Assembly: GCA_001004005.1 (NCBI GenBank)
Contig: LCQF01000006.1
Location: 1-49,232, forward strand
Origin: Parcubacteria group bacterium GW2011_GWA2_49_9
GTDB lineage: Bacteria; Patescibacteriota; Minisyncoccia; Phycocordibacterales; UBA10002
Length of the DNA: 49,232 nucleotides
Direction: 5' to 3'
A program made the translations under genes and the position numbers. Below the pieces are notes generated by a model. That model searched no databases. It was not told where the DNA came from and saw only the letters and a list, made by a program, of their open reading frames with translations. How positions within the stretch are numbered: the stretch's first letter is position 1; each line of letters opens with the position of its first letter. Shown one piece after another: positions 9,185 to 18,379 of the stretch.

Positions 9185-10252
9185 ATGGCTCAAAAAGCAA
9201 TCATCAGTGGTATTACGGGGCAGGACGGTTCCTACCTTGCGGAACTCCTTTTATCGAAAGGCTACGAGGTATACGGTCTGCAGCGGCGGGCGAGCCTTCC
9301 CAACACAGGAAGGATTGATCACCTGTACGGCAAAAAGGGGTTCAACATGACCTATGCCGACCTCTCGGACAGTTCAAACCTGCTTCGCGTCATCAAAAAA
9401 ATAGAGCCGGACGAATTCTACAATCTCGGCGCGCAAAGTCATGTCGGCGTGAGCTTTGATGTACCGGAGTTTACCGTGAACACCAACGCGCTCGGACCAC
9501 TACGAATCCTTGAAACCATACGCAACCTCGGCATGCCGATAAAGTACTATCAGGCGAGTTCCTCGGAGATGTTCGGCAAAGTTCTGGAAATTCCGCAAAG
9601 AGAAACTACCCCGTTCAATCCGCAGTCACCCTATGGGCTTTCGAAAGTCTTCGCATTCCATATCACGAAGATTTACCGCACGGGATACAATATTTTCGCT
9701 TCGAACGGTATCCTCTTCAATCACGAGTCTCCCCGCCGCGGCATCAACTTCGTGACCCGCAAGGTGACGATAGGGCTTTCCCGCATTTCACTCGGGCTTC
9801 AAAAGACCCTTAAGCTCGGTAATCTTGACGCCAAGCGCGATTGGGGATATTCAAAAGATTATGTGGAAGCTATCTGGAAGATTTTACAGCACAAAGAACC
9901 CGATGATTTTCTTATCGCGACCGGGGAAACGCACTCGGTTCGGGAGTGGGTGGAGGAAGTAGGGAAGCACCTCGGTATGAGCATTACATGGAAAGGGAAG
10001 GGACTTCTCGAGAAAGGCATTGACCAGAAAACAGGGAAAACGATTATTGAAATAGACCCGATTCATTTTCGTCCGAATGAGGTGGAATTCTTGCAAGGTG
10101 ACTCTTCCAAGGCACAAAAGATTCTCAATTGGAAGCCCAAGACGACTTTCTCTGGTCTTGCGAAACTTATGACTGAACAAGACCTTGTGTATGTGAAGCG
10201 TGAGGCGACGGAAGGGCATCCGGTCGTGACGCAGCAAAAATTTCAAGTGTAG
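9185..10252 (+). CDS. gmd: GDP-mannose 4,6-dehydratase
   Basis: 'KAIISGITGQDGSYLAELLLSKGYEVYGL.RR.S', 'YNLGAQSHV', 'YQASSSEMFG', 'SPYGLSKVFA', 'NHESPRRG'. Confidence 0.95.
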   Translation: MAQKAIISGITGQDGSYLAELLLSKGYEVYGLQRRASLPNTGRIDHLYGKKGFNMTYADLSDSSNLLRVIKKIEPDEFYNLGAQSHVGVSFDVPEFTVNTNALGPLRILETIRNLGMPIKYYQASSSEMFGKVLEIPQRETTPFNPQSPYGLSKVFAFHITKIYRTGYNIFASNGILFNHESPRRGINFVTRKVTIGLSRISLGLQKTLKLGNLDAKRDWGYSKDYVEAIWKILQHKEPDDFLIATGETHSVREWVEEVGKHLGMSITWKGKGLLEKGIDQKTGKTIIEIDPIHFRPNEVEFLQGDSSKAQKILNWKPKTTFSGLAKLMTEQDLVYVKREATEGHPVVTQQKFQV

Positions 10253-10274
10253 AGCACGAAGTGAAAGCACAAAA

Positions 10275-10336
10275 CACAGTACCCAAAAACCCAGACAAAC
10301 AGTCCAAAGCACAGTATCCAAAAAACCAAACAAAAG
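10275..10336. repeat. A/C-rich imperfect direct repeat (2 x ~27 nt) in the gmd-downstream spacer
   Basis: 'cacagtacccaaaaacccagacaaacag' (10275-10302) and 'cacagtatccaaaaaaccaaacaaaag' (10310-10336). The top strand is almost G-free here. Confidence 0.5.
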
Positions 10337-10370
10337 AGATGAGTTTGTGTTTTGTAAAGTCTTAACTACC

Positions 10371-10757
10371 ATGCAGAAAATCTTTTTAGGAAAAAAATTA
10401 GTCGCCATTAAAGCCTCGCTCAAAAGCGTGCGAGACGGGACGCACCCGCTTTCTTTACCGGACGACGCGCTTCAGATTATGACTATGAAGCGCCCTAAAA
10501 GCTATGTTGCAAAGGCCCACCGGCATATCCCTAAGCGTCGCATCACCGAGCTCTTGCAGGAGTGTCTTATCGTGGTGAAAGGCAAAGTGCGTTTTGACCT
10601 CTTTGACTCGCGCGAGAAGCTGTTTAAAAAAGTGCTCGTGAGGGAGGGGGAAGCCATGCTTATCTTGGAAGTGGCGCACGAAGTTCGCTACCTAGAGGAT
10701 ACCCTCGCGTACGAGCTGAAGAACGGGCCGTTTATCGACGATAAGCAGTTCCTCTAG
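10371..10757 (+). CDS. Cupin-fold protein, WbuC-like
   Basis: A ~128 aa protein with 'AHRHIP...ECLIVVKGKVRFDLFD' and 'YELKNGPF', a pattern I associate with WbuC-type cupins found in O-antigen loci. This is a weak, memory-based assignment. Confidence 0.45.
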   Translation: MQKIFLGKKLVAIKASLKSVRDGTHPLSLPDDALQIMTMKRPKSYVAKAHRHIPKRRITELLQECLIVVKGKVRFDLFDSREKLFKKVLVREGEAMLILEVAHEVRYLEDTLAYELKNGPFIDDKQFL

Positions 10758-10778
10758 CTCTAGCAATCGGATATTTCA

Positions 10779-11585
10779 ATGACGGATTTTAATACAACAC
10801 TTACAGTCATGGAAAACGCGGCCATCAATGCCGCGCGCGTACTTGCGAAGATGCAACCGAAAAGCAAGCGGCTTGAATCCCGCAAAGATTTTCTTACGGA
10901 CGCCGACCTTGCATCCGAAAAGGTCATCCTCTCCGCACTTGCGGCGAAGTTTCCGGATATTCCCGTTCTTTCCGAAGAAAAAGGCGGTGCGGAAACAAAA
11001 GAAGGGTATCTTTGGGTCGTCGACCCGATTGACGGGACGATCAATTTCTTCCTGCAAGACGATCATTGGGGGATTTCCATAGCACTTGTTAAGAACGGGC
11101 GTACGATAGCCGGAGTCGTGTATCTTCCCGCCAGAGGACAGATGTTTTCGGCTTCTAGCGAGCACGCCGCAACATGCCGTCTCGTCGGCAAAAAACAGAG
11201 CGCACAAACGCACATCAAGGTTGCGACCGGAGGCAACTTGCACGACGAACAAATTTGGGTTGAATGGGGAAAAGAGGGGCATGGTGGAACTGACCACGCG
11301 AAGGTCTACGACCTCCTCGAGCGATTGGACCGTCACACCCTCTACCCCCAGATACGCAACTCTACCACCGCAACCCTGATGGCGGTCGCGTGCGGAAAGA
11401 TAGCGGGTGCTGTTATTCCCAAACCCGAACCGTTTGACATCGCCGCGGCAGGACTCATCGTAGAGCGCGCGGGCGGTACGGTTACTGATATGAGCGGAAA
11501 GCCGTGGGGACCGTTCTCGCGCTCCCTCGTTGCAAGCAACGGCCTCCTGCGCAACGACTTGCTCCGTATCCTCAAAGCTGATTGA
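10779..11585 (+). CDS. Inositol monophosphatase family protein
   Basis: 'LSEEKG', 'WVVDPIDGTINF', 'WGISIALV', and a C-terminal 'DIAAAGLIVERAGG'. Confidence 0.88.
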   Translation: MTDFNTTLTVMENAAINAARVLAKMQPKSKRLESRKDFLTDADLASEKVILSALAAKFPDIPVLSEEKGGAETKEGYLWVVDPIDGTINFFLQDDHWGISIALVKNGRTIAGVVYLPARGQMFSASSEHAATCRLVGKKQSAQTHIKVATGGNLHDEQIWVEWGKEGHGGTDHAKVYDLLERLDRHTLYPQIRNSTTATLMAVACGKIAGAVIPKPEPFDIAAAGLIVERAGGTVTDMSGKPWGPFSRSLVASNGLLRNDLLRILKAD

Positions 11586-12368
11586 ATGAGCAAGGAGAAA
11601 ATGAACATGAATGTCGAATCACTACAGTCCTTAGAGAATCAGGAACAAATCCCGAATGTTGAGGTTTTGGCGATCATCGGCCACAGCATCGAAGAAGATA
11701 CAACGAGAGGTTGGGTGCCCACGCGCCTCATCCAAAAGATGGACGAGAGTAAGAAACGGACCGGCGTTCGTGACCGCGGTTTAGGCCCGGATGACGAACG
11801 GGCATATGTCGGGGGAGGAAACGCCGTTGCGCTCGCCGCCGCCGAGATGTATGAAACCCTTATCGCGCGCGGGTCACCGCCCAGAGCGGTTTCTGTTGTT
11901 CCCGGGCGCCCCCTTTATCTTGAGAAAGCTCCACCCGATGTGAACGAAGGCACCGTGATGTTGGATGCTTTCAAGAAGAAAGTGAAACATCTACCCGATA
12001 CCTTCATCACTCTTGGAGCGGCGCGTAATACGCAAGGCGAATTGGAGCAGCATTTGAGGATGTGCGTTGAGCGCGGTTACAAAAGTATCGGTTTCGTTCT
12101 TCTTGACCTGCGTATCGAACGGGCGGAAGCCATACTCGAACGGCTGAAAGCAGAACACCCGGAGTTTTCATCCCTCGAAACCAAGTGTATTTCGGCCGAG
12201 ACCCTCTTGCGGCATCGATACCAGGATGAACCGGAGCGTCTTGTCCAAGTGGAGAAAATGCTGAAAGCTTTTTCTGTTTCAGCGGCAGCTACTAAAACAG
12301 TAACGGACGAAAAGGGGGGTGCCGAAGCGATACGACAGGGCACTTACAAAGGCAAGGGAAACTATTGA
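11586..12368 (+). CDS. Hypothetical protein, possibly DUF218/YdcF-like
   Basis: Loose resemblance only: 'GGGNAV..AAEMY', 'NEGTVMLDAF', 'ARNTQGEL'. The coding-like ORF is tightly packed against its neighbour. Confidence 0.4.
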   Translation: MSKEKMNMNVESLQSLENQEQIPNVEVLAIIGHSIEEDTTRGWVPTRLIQKMDESKKRTGVRDRGLGPDDERAYVGGGNAVALAAAEMYETLIARGSPPRAVSVVPGRPLYLEKAPPDVNEGTVMLDAFKKKVKHLPDTFITLGAARNTQGELEQHLRMCVERGYKSIGFVLLDLRIERAEAILERLKAEHPEFSSLETKCISAETLLRHRYQDEPERLVQVEKMLKAFSVSAAATKTVTDEKGGAEAIRQGTYKGKGNY

Positions 12369-12409
12369 GACGTATCTTTGACTTTCCTTTTCTTTCGGTA
12401 TCTTCATTC

Positions 12410-12434
12410 GGCGTCACCGCAAAACGGGGACGCC
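12410..12434. terminator. Hairpin between convergent genes (bidirectional terminator candidate)
   Basis: 'ggcgtcaccg-caaaa-cggggacgcc' followed by 'gagattttta'. Confidence 0.55.
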
Positions 12435-12441
12435 GAGATTT

Positions 12442-13539
12442 TTATGCGCGGTAGAATGCCTCTATCGCTTTAATGATGTAGTCTATCTCTTCGTCGGTAA
12501 GCTGTGACGAAGAGGGAAGCCAGAGGCCCCGTGCAGCATAATACTCGCTTACGGGGAAACTTCTTCCCGAGTAGTCTTTTTTATAGATTTCCTGCGTGTG
12601 TATCGGCGGATAGAAGAAACGCGTATCAATACCCGCTTTTTTCAGATGTGTCGCGAGCGCCTTCGGGTCATCCACGAAGATATCCATAAACCATGGAGTG
12701 GTGACACTCACATCGGTTTTGATGAATTCCACCTGCGGAAGAGCAGCAAGACCCTCTTTAATGCGCGTATACATCTCCTTCTTGCGCTTCATACGCCACG
12801 GGAGTTTTTTGAATTGTTCCACTCCGATGAGGGCGAGTATTCCCGACATCTTGAAGTTGAAGCCGAAGTGGTCGTGGATATCGGGACCTTTTCCCGTTCG
12901 TCCGAAATCTTTAAGCAGTTTTATCTTCTCGTACCAGAGTTGGTTGTTGGTTACGAGCGCCGCTCCTTGCGTTGTTGAGATAATCTTGAATAAGCTGAAC
13001 GAGAAGCTGCCAATGTCGCCGAAGGTACCCAGATGTCTTTTGAAAAAGTGCTTCCCTTTGTAATATGAACCGAGTGCTTGAGCGGCGTCTTCTATAAGAA
13101 AGAGATTGTGCTTTTTGCAGAACGCGACGACGTCGTCCATATTTCCCGAGCGTCCGTTAAGTGGCACATACATCATGGCCTTGGTGCGAGGAGTCACTGC
13201 TTTTTCCGCTTGCACGAGGTCAAGACAGAGCGTTTCCTCCTCAATATCTATGAGGATGGGTTTGAGACCGATAATACTGCATGAGTTCGGCGTGGCAATC
13301 ATCGTGGAGTTAGGGACAAGCACTTCGTCCCCCGGCTGTAGGGAAAGCGCAAGAAGCGCTTGTGTAAGCGAGATGGTGCCATTGAGTGATGAAACGGCGA
13401 ACGAAGCACCAGTCACATCCCCGACCGCTTTTTCAAACTCCGCGTTCCACGGCCTGCCTTTCAGGTTGCCCTTGAGATAAAGAGAAACGGCTTGCGCCTC
13501 TTCTTCGCCGAACCACGCTTCCATTTGAGGTATGTTCAT
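12442..13539 (-). CDS. DegT/DnrJ/EryC1/StrS-family PLP-dependent sugar aminotransferase
   Basis: 'MEAWFGEEEAQAV', 'NGTISLTQALLAL', 'VLVPNSTMIATPN', 'LIEDAAQALGS', 'GSFSFSLFKII'. The start is taken at the internal ATG (13539); the ORF extends to 13620. Confidence 0.88.
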   Translation of the reverse strand: MNIPQMEAWFGEEEAQAVSLYLKGNLKGRPWNAEFEKAVGDVTGASFAVSSLNGTISLTQALLALSLQPGDEVLVPNSTMIATPNSCSIIGLKPILIDIEEETLCLDLVQAEKAVTPRTKAMMYVPLNGRSGNMDDVVAFCKKHNLFLIEDAAQALGSYYKGKHFFKRHLGTFGDIGSFSFSLFKIISTTQGAALVTNNQLWYEKIKLLKDFGRTGKGPDIHDHFGFNFKMSGILALIGVEQFKKLPWRMKRKKEMYTRIKEGLAALPQVEFIKTDVSVTTPWFMDIFVDDPKALATHLKKAGIDTRFFYPPIHTQEIYKKDYSGRSFPVSEYYAARGLWLPSSSQLTDEEIDYIIKAIEAFYRA

Positions 13540-13692
13540 ATTGTCTGTAATCTTATCGTCTCCATATTTGTTATAAGCGACGCAGAGAGAGGCGAAACTG
13601 CCTCGGGTTTCCATTTCCACCTAGCTCGCTGACGAAGCCGGCCAAGGAGCCTATATGGTTTTTTTCTTAACTCATATAGTATACTACCCCAC

Positions 13693-14964
13693 ATGAAGAT
13701 TTTTTTCATCACGTCAAAACTGAAGAATCAAGATACCGCTTCGGGCTCTGTTATTGAAATTGACTATATGATGCGCGAACTTGTTTCGCTTGGAAACGAC
13801 GTTACTGCCGTGACGGTTTATTCACGCGACAACGACCTTACCGAAGAAACTCCCTATAAAGTTCTAAATGAACACGTCACCACTCCTCGCCTTATTCCGG
13901 CACAACTCGCGGTGTACCGGATACTGAAAAAATACGAAAAGAATGCCGATATTTTTCATATTGACGCGCAGTACATATATGGTGCTGGACTTTACCGTCT
14001 GCTCGGGGGGCTTCGGCCGCTTTTCGCGTATCTTATCCGCCCGCCACTCATCAAGGATGAATATGTTTCCTATTTCTTCCAGAAACGTTATCAGAAGAAA
14101 ACACGGTCCTTTGGCGGGATGGCGCTTGCCGTAAAGAAAGCCATCCGGTATTTCATTGAACGTTTTATCTTCACGCCTGTCCTCGCGAATCGCGTGGACT
14201 ACGTATCCTGCCTTAACCCGTTACTTCTGAAAGAACATAGGCAATTCGGTCTTACGAAAGCAGACTATGGGCTTATTATCGGAGATACCTATCCGATGGA
14301 TGCCGTCATGCGGAAAACAGAGATTACCGCAGAGCGTTACCAAGTGCACGCCGGCAGGAACGGAAAAGTGATGTTGTATTGTTCGGGGAGAATGGCACCA
14401 GGCAAGGGCTACGACCTGCTTCTTGAGGCGTTTGCGCGTGTACAGCATAAGGACCGTTTCAGAGTCGTACTCGGCGGCACCGGACCGGAGGAGGGAATGG
14501 TTCGGCAGGCGATACAGGACTTAGGACTCCCAAAATACGTGGAGCTTACCGGCTGGGTGTCGCGCGAGAAGATGTTTGAGTACCTCAAAATGACCGATAT
14601 CTACGTTTTTGCGCGCTGGGGGACGACCCTTTCGGCACTCACGCTTATGGAGACAATGGTGTTCGGGATTCCACTCATTGTGCCGCGCGGCACGGGGCTC
14701 GCATGGACGGCAGGGAAGAGCGCACTTACCTTCGAGCCTGAAAACCCGGATGACCTCGCGCGGCAGATTGAGCTCCTCGGGGCCGATGTGGAACTTCGCA
14801 AGGAACTTTCGCGTCAATGCTATGAGCGCCTCAAAGAAGCCGACATTGACCCACATCAGACGGTCGTGGCGATAAACGTTATCATGAAGAGTCTAATCTT
14901 TAGTCCCAAGGACAAGTATCCGCTTAAGAGCTTTCTTCAGGGGTACAGGCATGAACGTGAATAG
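13693..14964 (+). CDS. Glycosyltransferase family 4 (GT-B, group 1)
   Basis: The C-terminal half reads 'SGRMAPGKGYDLLLEAF', 'GGTGPEE', 'TLSALTLMETMVFGIPLIV' (EX7E-like region). Confidence 0.8.
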   Translation: MKIFFITSKLKNQDTASGSVIEIDYMMRELVSLGNDVTAVTVYSRDNDLTEETPYKVLNEHVTTPRLIPAQLAVYRILKKYEKNADIFHIDAQYIYGAGLYRLLGGLRPLFAYLIRPPLIKDEYVSYFFQKRYQKKTRSFGGMALAVKKAIRYFIERFIFTPVLANRVDYVSCLNPLLLKEHRQFGLTKADYGLIIGDTYPMDAVMRKTEITAERYQVHAGRNGKVMLYCSGRMAPGKGYDLLLEAFARVQHKDRFRVVLGGTGPEEGMVRQAIQDLGLPKYVELTGWVSREKMFEYLKMTDIYVFARWGTTLSALTLMETMVFGIPLIVPRGTGLAWTAGKSALTFEPENPDDLARQIELLGADVELRKELSRQCYERLKEADIDPHQTVVAINVIMKSLIFSPKDKYPLKSFLQGYRHERE

Positions 14965-15577
14965 TCGGTAGATCTTGTGCACAAGCACCAAGGCGTCTCC
15001 GTAGCATCGCATGCACAGCGCCTGCAGAGCATCGCGTAGGTGTCGCTCCTTTGTTTTCTCCATGATGGTCGTCGTGTCCACGATGCGTATGTTCCTCCAG
15101 CCCCGTTTCCCGAGCACAAACTTTCGGAGTATCTTACGCGGTCCTTTCCACCCGTGGAACGGCTGCTGCTCTTTGATGACGACGCGGAGTGCAGGATAGG
15201 TGTTGTGCAGCATGATGGTGCCGCCGTCTATGACGAATCTGCTCCACTTTTACGTCCCATGGATTTTTATATTCTTCTGCACACTCATACAACTCGATCG
15301 GGTATTCTGATACCACATCCAGACCAAGCGCTTCGAGGTGGTCGGGGCTTCCCGTATGCGGGTCTATGGCATACACCTTCACGCCCTTCCCCGCCCGCGA
15401 ACCTAAGCCAAGCGCGACCGTGGATTTTCCTTTCCATGAGCCAATCTCCACGATGACGCCCCTTCCCGTGCACGCTTTTGCAGAGTCAAAAAGCGCGCAT
15501 AACTCACGCTTTGACGCCCATCCTTGTATTGGGCAAGCAAATCTTTCTATACGCATCCATTCTTCTGCAGTTGACAT
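14893..15577 (-). pseudogene. Class I SAM-dependent methyltransferase (Methyltransf_24/CmcI-like) split over two frames near 15235-15250
   Basis: The N-terminal part 'VIVEIGSWKGKSTVALGLG..VYAIDPHTG' continues in another frame as 'WSRFVIDGGTIMLHNTYP..GPRKILRKF'. The expected 'IDG-H' segment between the two parts is not present. Confidence 0.55.
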
Positions 15578-15590
15578 ACTTTTTACTCGC

Positions 15591-17099
15591 TTACTTTTCA
15601 GGGCTTCCCATCTTGCTAAATAAAAATGCGGCGAGGTTATGTATCTGCTCGCTGTATTTCCCAAGATACAGCGCGGATTCAATATCCCACATTGTGATTA
15701 AATCAATTGGAACGCTTTCTGCGAAGAGCGCAGTCAAGAAATCAATAAGTTGTTTCTCGTCGTGCCTCGAGTCTTTCAAGAGATCGCTCACCACATACGG
15801 CAGTTCGTGTATGTTTTCGCACTTTGTAACCGAAGGAAAGATGTTGTAAAAAGCATCACCGAACGTAATAGCAGGTTTCCCAAACAAGACACCCTCCCAG
15901 CCGCATGTTCCGGTGAGCGTTATGATAATCTTAGCATGTTGCACTACCTTTAGACCGGTTTCTGTCGGCGGAATCAGTTTGACATTTGGTATATTCTTGA
16001 GTTTTTTGTAAAACGCACGTGTTCGGTAACTATACATTGCCGGGTGTTCTTTCACATAGAGTGTATAGCCGACCGGCAGTGAAGCGGCAGCCTGTGTGGC
16101 AAGCCAGAGCTGGTCTGTATAAAATCTTGAAAACAGAGTGGTTGCCATCTCTGGTTCAAGCTGGAGTGGGAAGAACGCATATGGCTCGGAGTAATCCGGT
16201 GTATCGTACAAATCGTCAAATCCAATAAGCACACGAAGTTTACGCTTGCAGCGGTCAAAAAGATGGTGCCACGGTTTTACTACGCTCGGGTCATCTTTAT
16301 GAGTGTTTTTCAGATAATCAATCCATATCTTTAGTAAAAAAGCGAGGGATGCATACATTCTACCGAATCTCAAAAAAGAAAATTGACGTTTCCTGGTAAG
16401 GTGTCTGATATCAGGAGTATCTTGAATTGAGTAGGTGGACGGCTTAGAACGGAATTCTTTCAGAAAAGATAGCGCGCTCTCTTTTTCTTTTTGCAAAAAA
16501 ATCTCTCCTTTTCGGATTTTATTAAACAGTGATCCAATGTAGCTAAAGGTTTCATACTTTTCTGTGGCGGTTAAGAGGTTACGTACACCGGAAGAAGCCA
16601 TCAGGAATACCTGTATGCCTCTTTTTTTTGCGGCTTGATAGAAAAATAAAGTACTTATATCGGTAATGACAGGAAGCAATAGAACATCGGGTTTTTCCTT
16701 ATCTAGGAAATTGGTGACGGCTTTTGTTTCTGCCTGAAGAATGCGCAGCATGTCTTCGTAGCTGTAGCGCGGTTTGTCATAGGGGTATTCACGTATATAC
16801 TGGCCGTGTCTTACGATACGGTCATTTTCAAAATACGGCCAGAGATTGGGCATACCAAAGTCATGCTCAAGTCGCGAGAGGTACGCAAGGTCAAGCGTTT
16901 CGTAGCGGTATGCATTAAATACATCTTCGTAGAGCAGAAGAGAGGTGTACGCAATGTCTTTTTGCGATGTAAGAAATGCTAAACTATCGCGGAGTTCAAC
17001 GAATCCGCAAAATTCCTCAACACCAAGTTTCTTCAGTTCTTTTGCGATTGCGTGGCCTATATACGCGAATCTCCGCTGAAGCATTAAACATACTTTCAT
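15591..17099 (-). CDS. Capsule polysaccharide biosynthesis protein family (Capsule_synth, KpsS/KpsC/LpsZ-like)
   Basis: 'FFPLQLEPEMAT', 'YVKEHPAM', 'NVKLIPP', 'IITLTGTCGWEGVLFGKPAITFG'. It is a paralogue of 31501-32928. The start is taken at 'MKVCLML' (17099). Confidence 0.75.
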   Translation of the reverse strand: MKVCLMLQRRFAYIGHAIAKELKKLGVEEFCGFVELRDSLAFLTSQKDIAYTSLLLYEDVFNAYRYETLDLAYLSRLEHDFGMPNLWPYFENDRIVRHGQYIREYPYDKPRYSYEDMLRILQAETKAVTNFLDKEKPDVLLLPVITDISTLFFYQAAKKRGIQVFLMASSGVRNLLTATEKYETFSYIGSLFNKIRKGEIFLQKEKESALSFLKEFRSKPSTYSIQDTPDIRHLTRKRQFSFLRFGRMYASLAFLLKIWIDYLKNTHKDDPSVVKPWHHLFDRCKRKLRVLIGFDDLYDTPDYSEPYAFFPLQLEPEMATTLFSRFYTDQLWLATQAAASLPVGYTLYVKEHPAMYSYRTRAFYKKLKNIPNVKLIPPTETGLKVVQHAKIIITLTGTCGWEGVLFGKPAITFGDAFYNIFPSVTKCENIHELPYVVSDLLKDSRHDEKQLIDFLTALFAESVPIDLITMWDIESALYLGKYSEQIHNLAAFLFSKMGSPEK

Positions 17100-17374
17100 A
17101 GATGTATCTGGAAACAAGTGCAACTGTGCTAAAGTTACACGTATAGTACACCATCATATAGAATATCAATATTATTCCCTGCGTGGATGTTAAGAGACCA
17201 CAAGACAAGTTTCTTCCGGCTACGTGTGTCGTTAGTCGTTTGATTTCGTCTAAAACGCTTCGCGAGATTTGCGACCCGATTCCGCGCCACACGACTGGCC
17301 TGGCTCTATCTATAAGCTTGTGGACGAGCAAGTTAATGTTATACTGCTGATGCCACGCAATTTCCCAAGCGCTT

Positions 17375-18346
17375 ATGCATGAAATACCCAGCATACAAAA
17401 GAACGCTCCAATCTATGTTGCAGGACACCGAGGACTCGTTGGTTCTGCAATTGTACGCGCACTTACATCACAGAGGTATACTAACCTTATCTGTCGTACG
17501 CACGGCGAGCTTGACCTGATTGATGCAGTTGCGACAACAGCATTTTTCGAGCGGGAAAGACCCGAATACGTATTTCTTGTAGCCGCGAAAGTCGGTGGCA
17601 TTATGGCAAATATGACGTACCCTGCTGATTTTATTTACCAAAATTTGGTACTGCAGAGTAATGTCATCCATGCCGCGTATCGTGTACGAGTCCGCAAGCT
17701 ATTGTTTTTAGCGAGTTCTAGCATTTACTCGCGCCACGCAATTCAGCCGTTCAAGGAAGAATATTTTTTGAACAGTCCTCTTGAAGAGACAACCGAGCCG
17801 TATGCCATCGCTAAGATAGCGGGCATCGCAACCTGCCAAGCGTACAACAAACAGTACGGCACGCATTTTTTAAGTGCCATACCAGCAAATTTATACGGTC
17901 CGAATGACAAGTTTGACCTTGATAATTCACACGTCATTCCCGGACTTATCCGACGGTTCCACGACGCGAAGATGTCACAGGCGAAGTCCGTGTCGCTGTG
18001 GGGAACTGGTGCTGCACGGCGCGAGTTCTTGTACGTTGACGACCTAGCAGAAGCGTGCCTGTTTCTCATGGGCCACTATGACGATTCAGAAATTATCAAT
18101 GTCGGTACTGGAGAAGATGTTTCTATCCGGGAACTCGCGGAGCTGGTGAAAGAAACAGTCGGTTTTCACGGTTCAATTGTTTGGGATGCGACAAAACCAG
18201 ACGGTACTCCGAAGAAAGTGATGGATATCACTCGAATAACTAAACTTGGATGGAAGGCGCGTACCAAGCTCCGGGACGGTATCCATCTCTCCTATGAGTG
18301 GTACCTAAGAAACTGTCTGAAACACCCGTACACTCCGAAGCATTGA
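17375..18346 (+). CDS. fcl: GDP-L-fucose synthase (GDP-4-keto-6-deoxy-D-mannose 3,5-epimerase/4-reductase)
   Basis: 'IYVAGHRGLVGSAIVR', 'VFLVAAKVGGI.AN', 'YAIAKIAG', 'NLYGPNDKFD...SHVIPGLIRRF', 'LWGTG.ARREFLYVDDLA'. Confidence 0.93.
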   Translation: MHEIPSIQKNAPIYVAGHRGLVGSAIVRALTSQRYTNLICRTHGELDLIDAVATTAFFERERPEYVFLVAAKVGGIMANMTYPADFIYQNLVLQSNVIHAAYRVRVRKLLFLASSSIYSRHAIQPFKEEYFLNSPLEETTEPYAIAKIAGIATCQAYNKQYGTHFLSAIPANLYGPNDKFDLDNSHVIPGLIRRFHDAKMSQAKSVSLWGTGAARREFLYVDDLAEACLFLMGHYDDSEIINVGTGEDVSIRELAELVKETVGFHGSIVWDATKPDGTPKKVMDITRITKLGWKARTKLRDGIHLSYEWYLRNCLKHPYTPKH

Positions 18347-18379
18347 AATAGAAATTGACCAATTTACAACACCATAACT

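Noticed and set aside
10253-10346. Considered whether the direct repeats here, or any other repeats in the window, form a CRISPR array.
   Set aside because: There are only two imperfect copies with a 7-nt spacer. No window region shows 3 or more regularly spaced 25-40-nt repeats, and no cas genes are present.
17124-17394. Minus-strand ORF 17017-17394 contains 'VVWRGIGSQISRSVLDEIKR', faintly reminiscent of GNAT motif A (R-G-x-G-I-G), suggesting an acetyltransferase remnant in the divergent spacer.
   Set aside because: The match is only ~20 aa with no motif B or beta-bulge context. The ORF also overlaps both the capsule-family gene and fcl starts. This is too weak to call without a profile search.
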